This document shows, in pieces, positions 25,671-36,394 of a stretch of DNA of 64,000 nucleotides (positions are counted from its first letter, which is position 1; each line of letters starts with the position of its first letter). This DNA comes from Amphiscolops sp. MND2022 (Eukaryota). The notes under the pieces were generated by a model, which was given only the letters and a program-made list of their open reading frames with translations, did no database searches and was not told where the DNA came from. The position numbers were made by a program, and so were the translations under genes. Location of the stretch: positions 21,888,001 to 21,952,000 of the forward strand of contig OZ076409.1 in the NCBI GenBank assembly GCA_964187785.1. Reading direction: 5' to 3'.

Positions 25671-25925
25671 GTCTCCCATAGCTTAGTGGTTATAGCATTG
25701 ACTAAAGTTAAGGCTTCGGCCGGAGTGTTTGGGGTTCTTTTCTATTCAACGTCCCCCAGTCTTTGTTACAACTTACATGCTATGGGAGAATAATCACCAA
25801 TGGCACAGTTCTTAAAAAGGATAATCCCTGCTGTGGAAACTCTTAGTGGAACGGACTCCCGATGGGCTTTGAGTTTACCATAGGCATGTCAATACCAATG
25901 GCATGCCTATGGGTTTTGTATTTTT
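25671..25925 (+). ncRNA. Candidate structured Pol III-type non-coding RNA of the Polinton
   Basis: A-box TAGCTTAGTGG (25679-25689); 11-bp terminal stem 25672-25682/25779-25789; C(UUCG)G hairpin 25712-25721; second hairpin 25878-25912 followed by T-tracts. Confidence 0.45.
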
Positions 25926-25945
25926 CAACTTTTTCATTTTAATAA

Positions 25946-26758
25946 ATGTATGAAACTCCGTCTCTTCATAAGTTTGGTTATTCTAGTGAACAGCTAAAAC
26001 TGAGGGAATATCAGGAGCTAAAAGATATGATAAAAAGTCAAGAAAAATTAGCCCAAATAACACATTCCAAATTGAAAGAAGATTTGCAACGCGATTTTGA
26101 AAATGACATAGAAAATCAAGAGAAATTAATAGAAGAAAAAATACTGGACGTGAAAGGGCATCAAATACTAGACCCACAGGAAATTCAAGATGTTTTATTA
26201 AACACAAAGTTAATGAATGATATTTATTCCCAGTTTTCAGACCTTTCAAAAACCATAAATAAATTAGAACAAAATATGAAAAAATCTTTCGCCGAACAAA
26301 GAACTGCCTTAGTAAATGAGGTACTAAATTTAATACACAACAATAGTTTTGAAATGTTAACAGTCCGTAATTTAAAGTTTATGAGTCAGGTGGGTCAAGC
26401 TGGAATGATTTTAAATGAAGATGAAATAGATAATATTCTTAATAGCCTAGATCAAAATAAAATTACTATAACTAACAACATAATTCAACTGCTTTATGAC
26501 AAAGGTTTGTTCGATTCCTTTCCCAATAAAGATCAAGCTTTTGCAAATTATCTAACTTTCAGTGAAACATACCTCTTGGAAAAGTATGGAAAAACAATAC
26601 CTACTTCAGATGGTGAATATTATCTGTCTGATTTAGAATATTCTACCAGACAATCAATTCTGGAGTCATTGAAAAAAGACAATTTTAAAGACCTTGTTGA
26701 TATGAAACACAGAATGAAATTAACACCAACGGAAATAAATTTCATTTTATATGATTAA
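25946..26758 (+). CDS. Polinton hypothetical protein (helical, coiled-coil-like), 270 aa
   Basis: Intact ORF starting in TAATAAATG; no recognised motif. Confidence 0.7.
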   Translation: MYETPSLHKFGYSSEQLKLREYQELKDMIKSQEKLAQITHSKLKEDLQRDFENDIENQEKLIEEKILDVKGHQILDPQEIQDVLLNTKLMNDIYSQFSDLSKTINKLEQNMKKSFAEQRTALVNEVLNLIHNNSFEMLTVRNLKFMSQVGQAGMILNEDEIDNILNSLDQNKITITNNIIQLLYDKGLFDSFPNKDQAFANYLTFSETYLLEKYGKTIPTSDGEYYLSDLEYSTRQSILESLKKDNFKDLVDMKHRMKLTPTEINFILYD

Positions 26759-26761
26759 TAA

Positions 26762-27470
26762 ATGGAACAAAAACTATCCCTCCTTGACCCCAACGGCCTC
26801 TCCCCCCACACCATATGATGTAGAATCAATGATAAATAAGCGATTGCAAAGCGCGTTGCAAAACGAATTACAAAAAGTAAATAGCTTCAATAATTCTATT
26901 CAAAACATTAGTCTAATGATGAAATATTATGAAATGGAAGAAAAGAAATACAAACAGAAATACAACAAATACAAGATAATAAATAACCTAATTAACTCCC
27001 TTGGCATTATAGTGATTGGAACAACTTCAGCATCAATCTCACTAAGTATTACTGGTGTGGGTATTATAGTTGTTCCAATCGCTGCAGGAGTTGGTTGTAC
27101 AACTGGTATTCTTGTTAAGATTTGTTCCAGTTATTTGAAGAAAAAGGAGCAAAATTATAAACTTAAGTACACTATTATTCAGAAGACTCTTGACGACTTT
27201 AGACAACTTTATGTCACTAGCCTAAACGATAATCATATAGATGAAAATGAATATCACCGATTTGTGACTCAATTTGAAAATTATCGCGAAGCTTCGCAGG
27301 TAGCTTCACAGGAAATTCACACAAAATCACGCGCAGCTTCGCGCACAGCTTTGCATACAAAATCACAAGTAGCTTCACACGCGACAGCTAACGCGGCAGC
27401 TACCGCGACAGCTAACACAGCTTCACACACACAACCAACAATACCACTTAAACCACACAATTTTTTATAA
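26762..27470 (+). CDS. Polinton membrane protein (coiled coil plus hydrophobic hairpin); probable frameshift near the start
   Basis: Hydrophobic LGIIVIGTTSASISLSITGVGIIVVPIAAGVGCTTGILV; the motif-bearing ATG at 26762 (MEQKL) is out of frame with the main ORF (26751-27470). Confidence 0.7.
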
Positions 27471-27582
27471 TTAATTTATTCAATTTTAACATAAAAAATA
27501 AAATAAAAATTAACACTAATAATTGAAAAATATACTATTGAAAAATATGCTGCTATTAAATTCATAATTTTATTATAAATAA

Positions 27583-30500
27583 ATGGAGAACTGCAGTAGT
27601 TGTAATTCTGATTATAAAAAAGCTTACAAGTCCGATCATCTAAAATCAATAAAACATTTACAAAAATTAAATCAATATTATTGCAAAAAATGTAATACAT
27701 TTATGCCATTGTCTGACAAGTCTAATCATCTAAATTCAGATGAACATAAAAACAAAACCAAACAACAACGCGAAGCTACACAAATTTGGTGTGAAGATTG
27801 TGGCAAATATATAAGTAATTCAAGACATTTCCAAAGTGAAATTCACACGTTAAGAAGTCAAAACAACACTACAAAAAACACATTTGGTAATACACTACAT
27901 GATTCTGGAACTGGCGTAGAAATAATTGTGAATGAAAAAACATACATTAAACTGAGAGTAAATCCAACAAATCATCTTGAAGAACAGATTAATGATTTAC
28001 TAAATAAAAACTACTTTCCCCGATACAAGTTCCAATTGAGTTATTTAGCGAAGTTTTCAAAAATAGTTAATGGGCAGAGCTTCGCAGAAGAAATTGTATT
28101 TCACAAATGGGTTAAATCAGATTTTAATTACAATCACACGCAGATTGCCTTCGGCACAAACCCAAATATTCACAACATATTAATGCAGAAATTAGATGAT
28201 GAACAATTAGAAGGATCAGGTTTTGTGTTAAACGGTATTATCAATGTTATAATGGAGGTATATAAAGTCAATGATATTCAAGCTACTTCATGGGTTGAGT
28301 TGCCAGAAAAATATAAGAATAATAAATCAATTATAAATATAAAAAATGATGATCAATTTTGCTTTTTGTGGTGCATCCTAGCACACCTTTTTCCCGTTGA
28401 GGATCATAAAAATAGAACATCAAATTATTCAATGCACACGAACAAACTCATTTTAAATGGTTTAGAATTCCCCATGAAAATTAAAGATATTCCCAAGTTT
28501 GAAAACTTAAATAATTTAAACGTAAATGTATTTGAACTCACAAAAACAGTTTTAACACCAATTCATATTAACACAAACTATGATCAACCACAAATAGATT
28601 TATTATTATATCAAAATCACTATTGCTTAATAACAAAATTGCATTGTCTAATAAATAAGGATTCGCACATGAAATGGGTGTGTAGAAGATGCCTGACTGC
28701 ATTTAGTTCTGAGGATATTCTCAGTCAACACATTGATCGTTGTCAAAAACAACAACCAACTAATATCACATTCAGTTGGAAGGATCACTTAAAGTTCGAA
28801 GATTATAATATGAAAGTTCCCGTACCAATAAGAGTATATGCAGATTTTGAATGTATTAATCAACCCGCAAATGACCACGAAGCTGCGGTAGCTATCGCGC
28901 CCATAGACAAGTCCAAAGTATTATTTAAACAAATTCCAATTGCAGTAGGATTTTATATAATTTCACCATTTGGTAATAATTACAGCTCATACTTTGGTGA
29001 ATCGTGTGTAACATGGTTTGTAAATGAAATGTTGACTCTAGAAAACATTGCTAGTAACTATTTTGAAACAAATTTACCTCTTGAAATAACTCCTGAAGAA
29101 CACCAATCATTTCAACAATCCAAAGTGTGTTGGCTTTGCGAACGAAAGTTAGACGGTGAGGGCGAAGCTACGCATAGCGTTCGAGATCATGATCATCTTA
29201 CAGGCAAGTACCGAGGAGCAGCCCACAACAAATGTAATTTAAATTGTAAAAAAAAGTCAAGTTCGTTTGTTCCTATATTTTTCCATAATTTCAGTGGTTA
29301 TGATTGTCATTTAATTTTTGAAGAACTCTTAACATCAGCTTATAATCTAAAGTTACCAATAAATATTATACCAAAGTCAATGGAAAATTATGTAAGTGTG
29401 CAAGTAGGTTGTTTAAGGTTTTTAGATTCATACAGATTTTTGAGTAGTAGTCTACAAAAACTTATAACATCATTAAATGATTTTCCTTATATGCAAATTG
29501 AGGGCCTAACTGATGATTTATTTAAGAAAAAACTAGCTTATCCATACGAAAAATTCAATCTTAACAACCTGCATGAACCACTAAATCTAACAAAAGAGGA
29601 CTATTGGTCAACATTAACACAATCTCACCCATGTGAGGATGATATAAAAAGAACCCAACAATTGATTGACACTTACAACATTACAACAGCACAAGAACTA
29701 ACAGAATTGTACTGAAAAATGGATGTACTACAACTCACTGACGTGCTCGAAAACTTTGTTGAGAAGTCTACACTTGAATACGGCATCAATCCTTTGTACA
29801 GTTACTCTTTACCTGGTTATACATGGAAAGCTGGTTTAAAACTTACTAAAATTAAATTAGATTATATAAAATGTAAAGAATTATTATTACTTTTAGAAAA
29901 CAATATACGTGGAGGAATTTCAAGTGTTATGGGACCCAGATTCATTGAGTCAAATGAAAATACTAAATTACTGTACATTGATGCAAATAACTTGTATGGA
30001 TGGGCAATGAGTCAATACCTTCCTACTGGAGACTTTAAAAAGATGCGGAGCTGTCACGAAGCTATGCAATCTGATTCTGCACTGATGAATGAAATTGCAG
30101 AAGACATTTTGAATACACCAGATGACAATGAATTTGGATACTTTATAGAATGTGATTTAGAATATCCAGCAGAAATTAAAGAAAAAACCGAAAACTTTCC
30201 ACTTTGTCCTTATCAAACAAAAGCCGATCCAAATCTTTTCTCAGAATACATGAACAGTGTAAAACAATCCAACTACAAACCAACCGAGAAACTTATGTGT
30301 GACCTAACAAATAAATATAATTATATGATGCACTACAGGATGTTCAAGTTTTACACCCAGATCGGGATGAAAGTAACAAAGATTCACACAATCTACCGGT
30401 TCAAACAATCACTTTGGTTAGAAAAATACATTAATCATAACACACAAAAACGCACCAAAGCAAAAACAAACTTTGAGAAGGACCTCTACAAATTAATGAA

Positions 30501-31452
30501 CAACGCTTTCTTTGGTAAGACTATGGAAAATGTTAGAGACCGGACTAATTTAGAGTTTATCCCTCACACCAATATTGATCAAATAATAAAAAGACAATCG
30601 AAGTTAAGCTTTAAAGGAATTACTAATCATTACTCTGAATTCAGTGTTTACAAGTTTGATAAGGAAAAAGTAATTTTTGATAAACCAATATACTTGGGGT
30701 TTAGTGTTTTAGAACTGAGTAAATTGTTAATGTATGAGTTTTATCATCACAAATTACAACCATATTATAACACAGACGTCAATCTGCATTACATGGATAC
30801 AGACTCATTCATTCTAAGTATTAAAACTGGAGACCTTATAAATGATTTGGAATACTTCAAAGATGATTTTGATTTCAGCGAGCTCGACCCAAGTCATGAG
30901 TTGTACAACTCAATCAACAAGAAAGTTATAGGTAAAATGAAAATAGAAACATCACCAATTATTGAATTAGACAACTTCGTAGCTTTGAGATCTAAATCAT
31001 ATTCTTTTAGCTATGGCTCAGCACAAAAGCTAACACAAAAGTCAAAACAAAAAGGAATACAACATACACCGATTTATTCACAATTTATAAATTCATTATT
31101 TAACTCTGAAACAACAACTGCAACTAATTATTCTATTAGAAGTAATGCTCACAACTTAACTGTTCAGAAACAAGATAAGCTAGCTTTGAATCCTTTTGAT
31201 GACAAGCGTGTGTACTTGAATCCAATACAAAGTTTATCATGGGATAAACACACACAAAAAGGTGATTGTCCTTGTATACTTTGTATAAAATTAGTTGGTT
31301 TGTATTACACCGAACTGAGCACAAGGGATGGCAAGTCCGCGCAGCTTCGCCTTCGGGATGAAGAAATATACTATAACATTTGGACTCTGAAAGAAAAATT
31401 GAATCATCAACAGCTTTTAAATCTGATAAGTGATCGGGCCCATTTATTGTGA
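27583..31452 (+). CDS. pPolB: Protein-primed family B DNA polymerase with one in-frame TGA (29713-29715)
   Basis: N-terminal Zn fingers; Exo motifs YADFE and FHNFSGYD; EndoVII/HNH-like CWLC...RDHDHLTGKYRGAAHNKCN; Pol motifs YIDANNLYG, KLMNNAFFGK, YMDTDS; the two track ORFs are in the same frame. Confidence 0.95.
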
Positions 31453-31605
31453 TAACTATCGTGATAACTGGCGTGACGCACAGTTTCGCGATAGCTTTCA
31501 CACACATCTTTTATAATTAGAAATATCATTTATTATCATCATTTATTATCATTTATCATCATTTATAATTATTAATCTATGATTCATCATTCCTCTCATA
31601 TCAAA

Positions 31606-32853
31606 TCAAATGAGGTCAAAATGCCTTTGCCCATCACTACTAATACTTATTAGTTTTGGGGTTAATACAAGTGCATAAGCTATATAATCTGCTACATCAA
31701 TGGCAGCATTAAATTTAAATTCTAAACGGATTGGTTGACTCGCAATGATATCCTTTTGTTTGCTGAGGTCAAATACATAAAAATTATAATTTGTTCTGAA
31801 TTTGTTCAAATCAATGAAGGGATTGAGTAAGTTAGTTTCACTATTCAAGTGATAAAAGTTTTCAATTTCACTGTATGCTTGATCATATTTGTCGCGGTCG
31901 TAATCACATTCTATCCCATCATCGGGATATTTTTCTGATCCTATTTTACAAACAGCATTACTAATTGGCAACCGGTCAAACACTGCATTATCATGAACCT
32001 GAGAATCAATTTTATTTCTAGCTTGAAATCCAACAACCACAAAAGTTGGAGTCGATGTTCCCGAAGATCCGCCTGCGTTGCCTAATTCAAATGTCCAATT
32101 CGAATTCGTGTTAACATCTTTTCTAAAAATAATTCGTTCCGTGTAACTCAATTCGGTTGGATCTTTATTTAGAATTTGGTCCATGACAAGTTGTTGGTTT
32201 TCGATACTAGGAACATAGTGTGGAATATACCAACCAATGTCTTTAATAACCACTTTTGCAGCATCCACTCCAACACTTCTTAAAATGGCGTCATTGTTAG
32301 TGTTCCGTTTGAGAGTTAATGTGTAGCCCAACCCATAAGTTATTTTTTCTTGATCAGCAAATCCAAACAAGTCTTTTAGTTCTATTCTCACAAAAAAGGT
32401 TCCTTTCTCATTTTTGTTGTTTGTTAGTTCTTGTCTTCTGATAGTAGTATCTTCTTCAAACCCATACATTAATTGACTTGTGGATTTAGTGCTTGTCAAA
32501 CACTTGTACATTAAAGAAATCAAGTGCAAATTGTCAACTTTTTCTAGGTGTTTCCCACTAGAAGTTGTTAATTTGGCTTCACTAAATAGAGAGATTGGCC
32601 CAAAGTTAACCAATCCAATTTCATCACCATCAGCAAATCTTGTATTATTGTTTTTAAGTACTTCAAATTCTAGACTTATGAAACTATTTTGTAAACATAT
32701 GTATGCATCTTCTCTTGGGAAACTAATTGTAGTATTCGAGTTTGTATTGTTAATTGTTGCCAAACTACTTGGACTATACTTTATGAAATCAATTTTATGA
32801 ATAGGTTTTTCGAGCGTGTATTTATTTTTTAAAGAAAACATATCTGTGTTCAT
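31606..32853 (-). CDS. Polinton major capsid protein (double jelly-roll), 415 aa, intact
   Basis: Size, beta-rich pattern and Polinton MCP-like segments (TPTFVVVGFQ, KYPDD, FYVFDLSKQ) in viral context. Confidence 0.8.
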   Translation of the reverse strand: MNTDMFSLKNKYTLEKPIHKIDFIKYSPSSLATINNTNSNTTISFPREDAYICLQNSFISLEFEVLKNNNTRFADGDEIGLVNFGPISLFSEAKLTTSSGKHLEKVDNLHLISLMYKCLTSTKSTSQLMYGFEEDTTIRRQELTNNKNEKGTFFVRIELKDLFGFADQEKITYGLGYTLTLKRNTNNDAILRSVGVDAAKVVIKDIGWYIPHYVPSIENQQLVMDQILNKDPTELSYTERIIFRKDVNTNSNWTFELGNAGGSSGTSTPTFVVVGFQARNKIDSQVHDNAVFDRLPISNAVCKIGSEKYPDDGIECDYDRDKYDQAYSEIENFYHLNSETNLLNPFIDLNKFRTNYNFYVFDLSKQKDIIASQPIRLEFKFNAAIDVADYIAYALVLTPKLISISSDGQRHFDLI

Positions 32854-32890
32854 TTATAATAAAAAAAATTATTGCGAAAGCTCCACGAAA

Positions 32891-33780
32891 CTACGTGGAA
32901 CACTGCTCAAATTTGTGGAAAATATTCATACTTTCTAACGTTTTGTTGTTAGAGTCAAAGTCGAATATGCTACTTAAAAGTTCTTGTTCATAGTATTTTC
33001 CTTGAATAATTCCTCCGTTTTCATCATTTAGAGTGTATGTTACTGGGTTTGTTTTGTTGATGTTGTGTATTTTAAAAAGTTCTCTATTCCAATTTGTTGT
33101 ATAACCTTTTGAATAAATGTTCCTTTTGTCAGGAACTCTTACAAAATCCCCCACTTGGAATTTGGCGAAGCGGCGCGGTTGTTTCGGTTTATTAACAAAG
33201 GTAGGTGGATCGATTGGTTTTTTATTCGCTTCAAAAGGTGTCATTTTTGTTGTGGTATGGACACGATTATTATACTTTTGTAAAGCAGCATCAAGGCGAT
33301 TCAACCAGCTACCTTTACCCTCAATATACATTGGTTCCTTAATTAAGTCCAGAAGTGTTCTATTGAAGCGTTCAACAGAAACAGCTTTCAAATCTGAATT
33401 AGTTGAATAAATTTGAATGTTTTGCTCTTTTAAATAGTGTAAAAATGTTGTGTTGTAAAACTTTTACCTCTATCACTCCAAATTTTGTGTGGTTTTCTCT
33501 TCTCTTTTTCAATGAGACCTTTTAATGCAGTAGTTGTACTTTTTCCTGATTTATCTTTGAGGGGAATCGCCCATGCATATTTAGTATGGTTGTCAATTAT
33601 TGTGAAAATAAACTTGTAGTTTTTGTTGTATTTGCTTAAGTTTGAGCGATCAATTAAATCGATACTCCAACATTCATCTTTATAGTGAGTTTGTATTTGA
33701 ATTCTTTGAAACTTCTTGATTACAGGAGAGAATATTTCTTTAACAATTTCTTTCTTGCGAAGCCCTGCATTTTGATTCAT
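32891..33780 (-). CDS. Retroviral-like (rve) integrase, 1-nt frameshift near 33462
   Basis: WSIDLID, TIIDNHTKYAW, WSDRGK(E)F, VERFNRTL DDE core; C-terminal FQVGDFVRV; no chromodomain visible. Confidence 0.93.
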
Positions 33781-33814
33781 TTATTATAGTTTTATAACAA
33801 TTTTTTATAAATAA

Positions 33815-35016
33815 ATGAATAATGATTATTGCTTGCAGAGCTATAGAAATAATTATCAAGGTGAAGGAGACGGCGCGAAAGCTGGCGCGGGAGCCGATGT
33901 GGCCAACAAACTGTATTGGTATCAGAAAACACAAATTTATAAAGTAATCACAAATCCTATGTTTTTTGTATGTTTAATTATATTTATAGGTATTATTGTT
34001 GTAATATATTGGAATTATATTCGCCCTAGACAGTTTAAAACAATTTATAAAAAACTACTACAATTTGCAGGGTTCAAATACTCTCATCTGACAAACCAGG
34101 AACGCGAAGCCCCCCAGGATACACGCGAAGCTACGCGTGAAGCTGAAGTTCATGGCAATTCCCACTTCATAATTTATGGTAGTAGTGGCTCTGGGAAGAC
34201 AAGTTTTTTAAAGCATTATTTGGCACAAGTTGCAACACAACGCCAAAGAAATTACGTAGTTTTCGGGAGAGATGAACGTGAGTTTCCCACTCAAAATTTT
34301 GTACCACTACTGCAGTTGGAGAAAGTTAGTATTGAATCACTTACTAATAAAATTGTTGTACTGGATGATGCAGGTGCATACGAAAGTCTTAAAACAAAAG
34401 TAGAAGACTTATTTAGATACGGTAGACACATGAATATAGTAGTAATTTATCTCGCTCACTATGCAAAGGATGTTCTTCCAATCGTGAGGGAAAATTGCTT
34501 CAAAATATACTTAACAATTAATAACCCAGATAACTTCTTCGAGTCGATTGTACAAACTTATGCGTTAGCTTCCGCGATCAAAGACGGGTTTAATTGGAAA
34601 TACTACCGCGATCATTTGGAGTTTGGTATAATTGAATTTGACACAAGGAGTCAGAAATACAAGATTCTAAACGATAAATACAACTTAATTTATGATTCGA
34701 GCAAACGAAGTAAATGGGGCCCCCAGAACAACTTGTTGCTTATGAAAGTTACTTTTTCACTGGTGATGAATACAACAGACTCAAAATTTTCTTAGAGGAA
34801 ATGTCCGACCAGACAATCGAAATAACACCAATCAACATAGCTTATTATTATGTGTTTTATTGCAAACAAAATAATATTAAAGTAAATGAATCCAAAATAG
34901 ACAACTACGTTGAGCGTATGCAAAAACCACTAATTAGTGATTCAGTTAAAGAGGACTTTAAAAATTTAATTTATGATCAGGCAAAAAGTTTTACTAAAAA
35001 TAAACTGAGTAATTAA
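33815..35016 (+). CDS. A32/FtsK-like ATPase 1 with N-terminal transmembrane helix; frameshift near 34720
   Basis: TM segment MFFVCLIIFIGIIVVIYW; Walker A GSSGSGKT; Walker B VVLDD; RYGRH; VREN; ORF 34714-35016 continues it after a C-run. Confidence 0.85.
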
Positions 35017-35029
35017 CGAGAAATTAACA

Positions 35030-35300
35030 AAAAAATATAGTGATTCTTAGAGAAGTTTAGAGAAATTTAGTGATTCTTAGAGGCATTTAGTGATCTCTAA
35101 GAATCTCTAAATTTCTCACTAAATCACTAAGGTTTCACTAAGAGCATTTATTTTCACTAAATTTCACTATAATCTCTAATCTTAGAGAAATGAATACTCT
35201 TAGAGGAATTTAGTGAAACCTTAGAGGGATTTAGTGATTTTGCTTAGTGATTACATAGTGATTACATAATGATTATTAGAGGAATTTAGTGATTTTTTAC
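35030..35300. repeat. Intergenic array of TTAGTGA/TTAGAG motifs in both orientations
   Basis: Many TTAGTGA, TCACTAA, TTAGAG and CTCTAA copies in about 270 bp. Confidence 0.85.
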
Positions 35301-35307
35301 TAAATAA

Positions 35308-36378
35308 ATGAATTGCTTAATTTGTAATAAAAGTAGTGAAAAAAGTTTGTGTGATGATTGTAGTAATAAAAAAAGATGTAAAGATTGTAATACATCAAAA
35401 TCCAATACAAATTTCTACATCTACAAAAATGGTAAAATGTATAGTACATGCATTCAATGTTTTAATAAAAAAGTGAGGTGTGAATTTTGTAATAAGGAAA
35501 TAAATAAGAGTTATTTAAGGTCACACGTCAAGAAGCAACACTATAATCAACACTATAATTATAATCAGCACTATAATCAGCATACTGGGGGTGATTTGCT
35601 TCCACGACAGCTATCGCGACAGCTATCACGAGAGCTACAGCGAGAGTTGCCACGAGGCGTGTCTTCACACAATAAAAATAATAATAACGCGGAAGCTAAC
35701 GCGAAAGCTATCGCGAAAGCTATCGCTAATGATGATAATGCGGGAGCTAACGCGGGAGCTAATGCTAATAGTGGTGTGAACGAAACTAATAGAACATTAA
35801 TAGTTGGGCCATCATTTTGTGGTAAGACTCATTTGTTGTTGAATAAATTACGATTGATTCGTTTGGAAGATCCAGAGAAACAAATTCGTATCATTACAAG
35901 GAGTCCGGAACAATATGAGGATGTGGAGCTTTATATTCAAGGAATAGAAGTGGAAGAAAATGTGGGGGATTTGGAAGAGTATAGGGGGTGTTGTGTAGTA
36001 TTTGATGATATGTTAGACTCCAACCAGAAATTGATTGATCCATTTTTTACTAGGGGAAGACACAAATCTTGTGATGTTTATTATTTATGTCAGAGTTATT
36101 TTGATGCACCAAAAAAGACAGTTAGAAACAATTCGAATATAATAATTTTATTTCAACAAACACTGAAAGATGTAGAACATATTCATAGGGACATATCAGG
36201 TTTTGATATGTCTTATGAGGAATTCAAAAGTTTGTGCAGAGAAGCATGGAACGAAAAATTCAACTACCTTTTAATAAACAGATTGGAAGATAAAAATGGG
36301 AGTAGGTACAGGATTTGTAATGAATCTAATCCAAATTACAAGATCTTTAATCCACAAACTGATCCTTTAAGTAATTAG
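35308..36378 (+). CDS. A32/FtsK-like ATPase 2 with N-terminal Cys-rich/C2H2 Zn-finger region, 356 aa
   Basis: Several CxxC pairs and CEFC...HVKKQH; Walker A GPSFCGKT; Walker B VVFDD; TRGRH; QSYF; VRNN. Confidence 0.9.
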   Translation: MNCLICNKSSEKSLCDDCSNKKRCKDCNTSKSNTNFYIYKNGKMYSTCIQCFNKKVRCEFCNKEINKSYLRSHVKKQHYNQHYNYNQHYNQHTGGDLLPRQLSRQLSRELQRELPRGVSSHNKNNNNAEANAKAIAKAIANDDNAGANAGANANSGVNETNRTLIVGPSFCGKTHLLLNKLRLIRLEDPEKQIRIITRSPEQYEDVELYIQGIEVEENVGDLEEYRGCCVVFDDMLDSNQKLIDPFFTRGRHKSCDVYYLCQSYFDAPKKTVRNNSNIIILFQQTLKDVEHIHRDISGFDMSYEEFKSLCREAWNEKFNYLLINRLEDKNGSRYRICNESNPNYKIFNPQTDPLSN

Positions 36379-36394
36379 GGACTTCGTGAGGAGA

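Noticed and set aside
25671..25925. Self-cleaving ribozyme in the Polinton non-coding island
   Set aside because: No hammerhead CUGANGA/GAAA core or clear twister/HDV pattern found by eye on either strand.
31136..33410. Antisense ORFs over pPolB, MCP and integrase (31136-31507, 32480-32800, 33117-33410)
   Set aside because: Shadow frames of real genes; they lack the ATAAATG start seen in the element's genes.
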